This document shows, piece by piece, positions 38,901 through 40,592 of a DNA stretch of 44,151 bases. The position numbers and the translations under genes are program-made. The DNA lies in the NCBI GenBank assembly GCA_031266955.1, contig JAISAA010000263.1, positions 1-44,151 of the forward strand, written 5' to 3'. Source of the stretch: Oscillospiraceae bacterium. GTDB taxonomy: Bacteria > Bacillota > Clostridia > Oscillospirales > Oscillospiraceae. The notes beneath the pieces are model-generated. The model was not told the origin of the DNA and did not search any database. It saw only the letters and a list, made by a program, of their open reading frames with translations. Numbering within the stretch: the stretch's first letter is position 1; every line of letters starts with the position of its first letter.

Positions 38901-40587
38901 CGACGATGCGCCGGATACGCCGGAGGTGCGCTTCCACGATAAGGCGATGTACATCTATGTAAAGAGCCTCAAGGCCGGCGACGACAAGTGGTATCCGTAT
39001 GTTATAGAGAGACCGTACTATCTCTACGAAACAGACTTCAATGCGGACGCTCTGCCTTCGCCCTCAATGGTGCGGACGGGCGGCGACGGGAGCTACGCGG
39101 CGGAGGTCGAGGCTGGCAACTTCAAGCTCGGCGCCGAGGGCTTCGGCAAGCCGTTTGAGTATCTGATGACGACGCAGCGCGTCTATGACGCGGGGCCGCC
39201 GGAAACAGGCTTGAAGTGGACGCTGTTTGACGAAGACGACCCTGATTGGGTGGGCAAGCACGCCGCCAACGAGCAAGACGACCCGTACTATATAGCGAAT
39301 AACTTCCGCGCAGCGGCGGACGGCCAGCTTGCGGACGTCGACCGAGGCGTATCGACCCCGACGCGCCTCGGCGAGAGCGACGACGACACCGGACGCTTGC
39401 TGCCCGAGACGATAGCGGACGCGATGTGGCTGAACTGCGGGCTGATCCCGCTGGATGACGAATACGAGGACAATACGCTCGAGCTCAGCAAAAGCGTGGA
39501 TAACGACGGCTCAGACGCTGAAAACCCGGTACGGCCCGGCGACGAGCTCGAGTACACGGTGACGGTCGTGAACAGAGACATAACGTGGCCGATGAGCAAG
39601 CTCCTGAAAAATGTCGTGGTGTATGACGCCGTGCCGGAGAAGACGACGTTTGTTCCGGGCTCCGTCGTCATAAAAGTGAACGGAACGACGGTGACGCCGT
39701 ACATCCCGGACGGCGAGACGCCCGGCTACGACGGGGAAAGCATAAAGCTTGTGTATATGGGTGCCGCGAACACGGAGGAGACGACTGGTCTGTGGTGGCA
39801 GATACCGGAGCTGCGCATAGACGATACGGTGGAAGTGAAGTTCAAGGTAAAAATCACGGAAGATAAGGAAGAGCTCGGATACGTTTTGGAGGACGACGGC
39901 AAGCTGCACGCGCGGATACTGAACGCCGCCCTCGCGGCGGAATTCGGTACGACCGAGATACCCGGCGACCCGGAGCCGGATCCACAAGACCCGGAGGAGC
40001 GCGACCCGAATCCCGACGTCCCGCCGCTCGATCCCGATACGCCGGTAGACCCCGACGGAGACGGCCCGGAGGAACCGGAGCTGCCGGAAAGGGACGACGC
40101 GGTGACGGAGCTTGAAGATGATCCGCCGGTTCCCGAGCCTTCACCGTCGCCCTCCGATTCTCCACCGCCGCCGCCACCGCCGCCTCTGCGGTCTCCCGAA
40201 CCGTCGCAATCACCGGAGCCGCCGGAGTCCCCGGGACCGTCTGAGCGGCCGAGAGAATCCCCGCCGGTATCCCCGCCGCCGCCGACGGTGACGCCTACGC
40301 CTACGCCAAGCCCCGGAGAAAACAGGAAGCCGCCCCCGCCGAACACGCCGGGCAATACGCTCGTGCCGAACGGAGACGGATACATAGAGATCGACCCGGA
40401 CGGGACGCCGGTAGGCGAGTGGTATCTGGACGACGACGAATGGATATTCGATCCGTTCCCGCCGCTCGGAGAGATGCCGGGAACAGGCGACAGCTTCAAG
40501 CCGGCCGCGCTGGTCGCGATATTCATCGCATCCGCCATAATACTCATTCTCATCTTCTGCGCGCCGAAACGCGGGAAAAAGAAATAG
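8803..40587 (+). CDS. Giant (~10,594 aa) secreted, sortase-signal-bearing cell-surface protein with DUF11-like modules and SdrD-B-like repeats
   Basis: One stop-free frame (ORF track 8797..40587, 10,596 aa). ATG 8803 lies 10 nt after AGGGGGGA, whereas TTG 8797 lies only 4 nt after it. It has an N-terminal signal peptide and a C-terminal MPGTG motif, hydrophobic helix and KRGKKK tail. Coherent domain signatures run throughout. The protein is acidic and aromatic-rich, and Cys is very rare. Confidence 0.9.
   Translation: [10594 protein letters not shown]
8929..9350 (+). repeat. Low-complexity Q/E/P/G-rich linker with short duplicated peptides
   Basis: QPEPEPEQ occurs twice (about 8983-9033). 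[10 protein letters not shown] occurs twice (9046-9075 and 9121-9150); the two DNA copies match at 25/30 nt and every difference is a synonymous third position. An acidic tract [18 protein letters not shown] lies at about 9280-9330. Confidence 0.8.
11720..26420 (+). repeat. Array of highly divergent protein modules sharing a three-part signature (DUF11/CARDB-like by inference)
   Basis: The central motif G-F-x-x-[ED]-x-[ILV]-x-[LF]-[TS]-x-x-[LF] recurs in frame at nt 12790, 13531, 14290, 15169, 15961, 16894, 17620, 19195, 20065, 20905 and 21751. Weaker copies lie near 11820, 18610, 22950, 24196, 25279 and 26368. Each is preceded by Y-x-[FY]-x-[LF]-x-N-x-S...W-x-S-x-x-x-I-x-LP and followed by [IV]-x-[LF]-x-[DN]-x-x-G. 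Confidence 0.7.
36393..39440 (+). repeat. Five SdrD-B-like (Cna-B-type) repeats with calcium-site motifs
   Basis: [16 protein letters not shown] (about 36393), [10 protein letters not shown] (about 37075), [28 protein letters not shown] (about 37648), [16 protein letters not shown] (about 38204) and [17 protein letters not shown] (about 38835). The W-x-D-x-[DN]-x-[DN]-G-x-x-x-x-x-E pattern is the SdrD B-repeat signature. Confidence 0.7.
39475..39875 (+). other. DUF11-type 'conserved repeat' domain
   Basis: [34 protein letters not shown]...[25 protein letters not shown]...[11 protein letters not shown] matches the canonical DUF11/TIGR01451 pattern (PGDxxxYTxxVxN...VxDxxPxxxxFVxGS). Confidence 0.65.
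39961..40350 (+). repeat. Proline-rich, wall-spanning stalk
   Basis: [42 protein letters not shown]...[40 protein letters not shown]...[27 protein letters not shown]. Confidence 0.8.
40474..40584 (+). other. Sortase-type cell-wall sorting signal with a variant motif (MPGTG)
   Basis: MPGTG (40474-40488), then DSFK, a hydrophobic helix [21 protein letters not shown], and the basic tail PKRGKKK before stop 40585-40587. Confidence 0.75.
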
Positions 40588-40592
40588 CAGGC

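Noticed and set aside
8803-40587. Diversity-generating retroelement or phase-variation control of the giant gene
   Set aside because: No reverse transcriptase, template/variable repeat pair, homopolymeric tract in the 5' coding region, or invertase is visible in the window.
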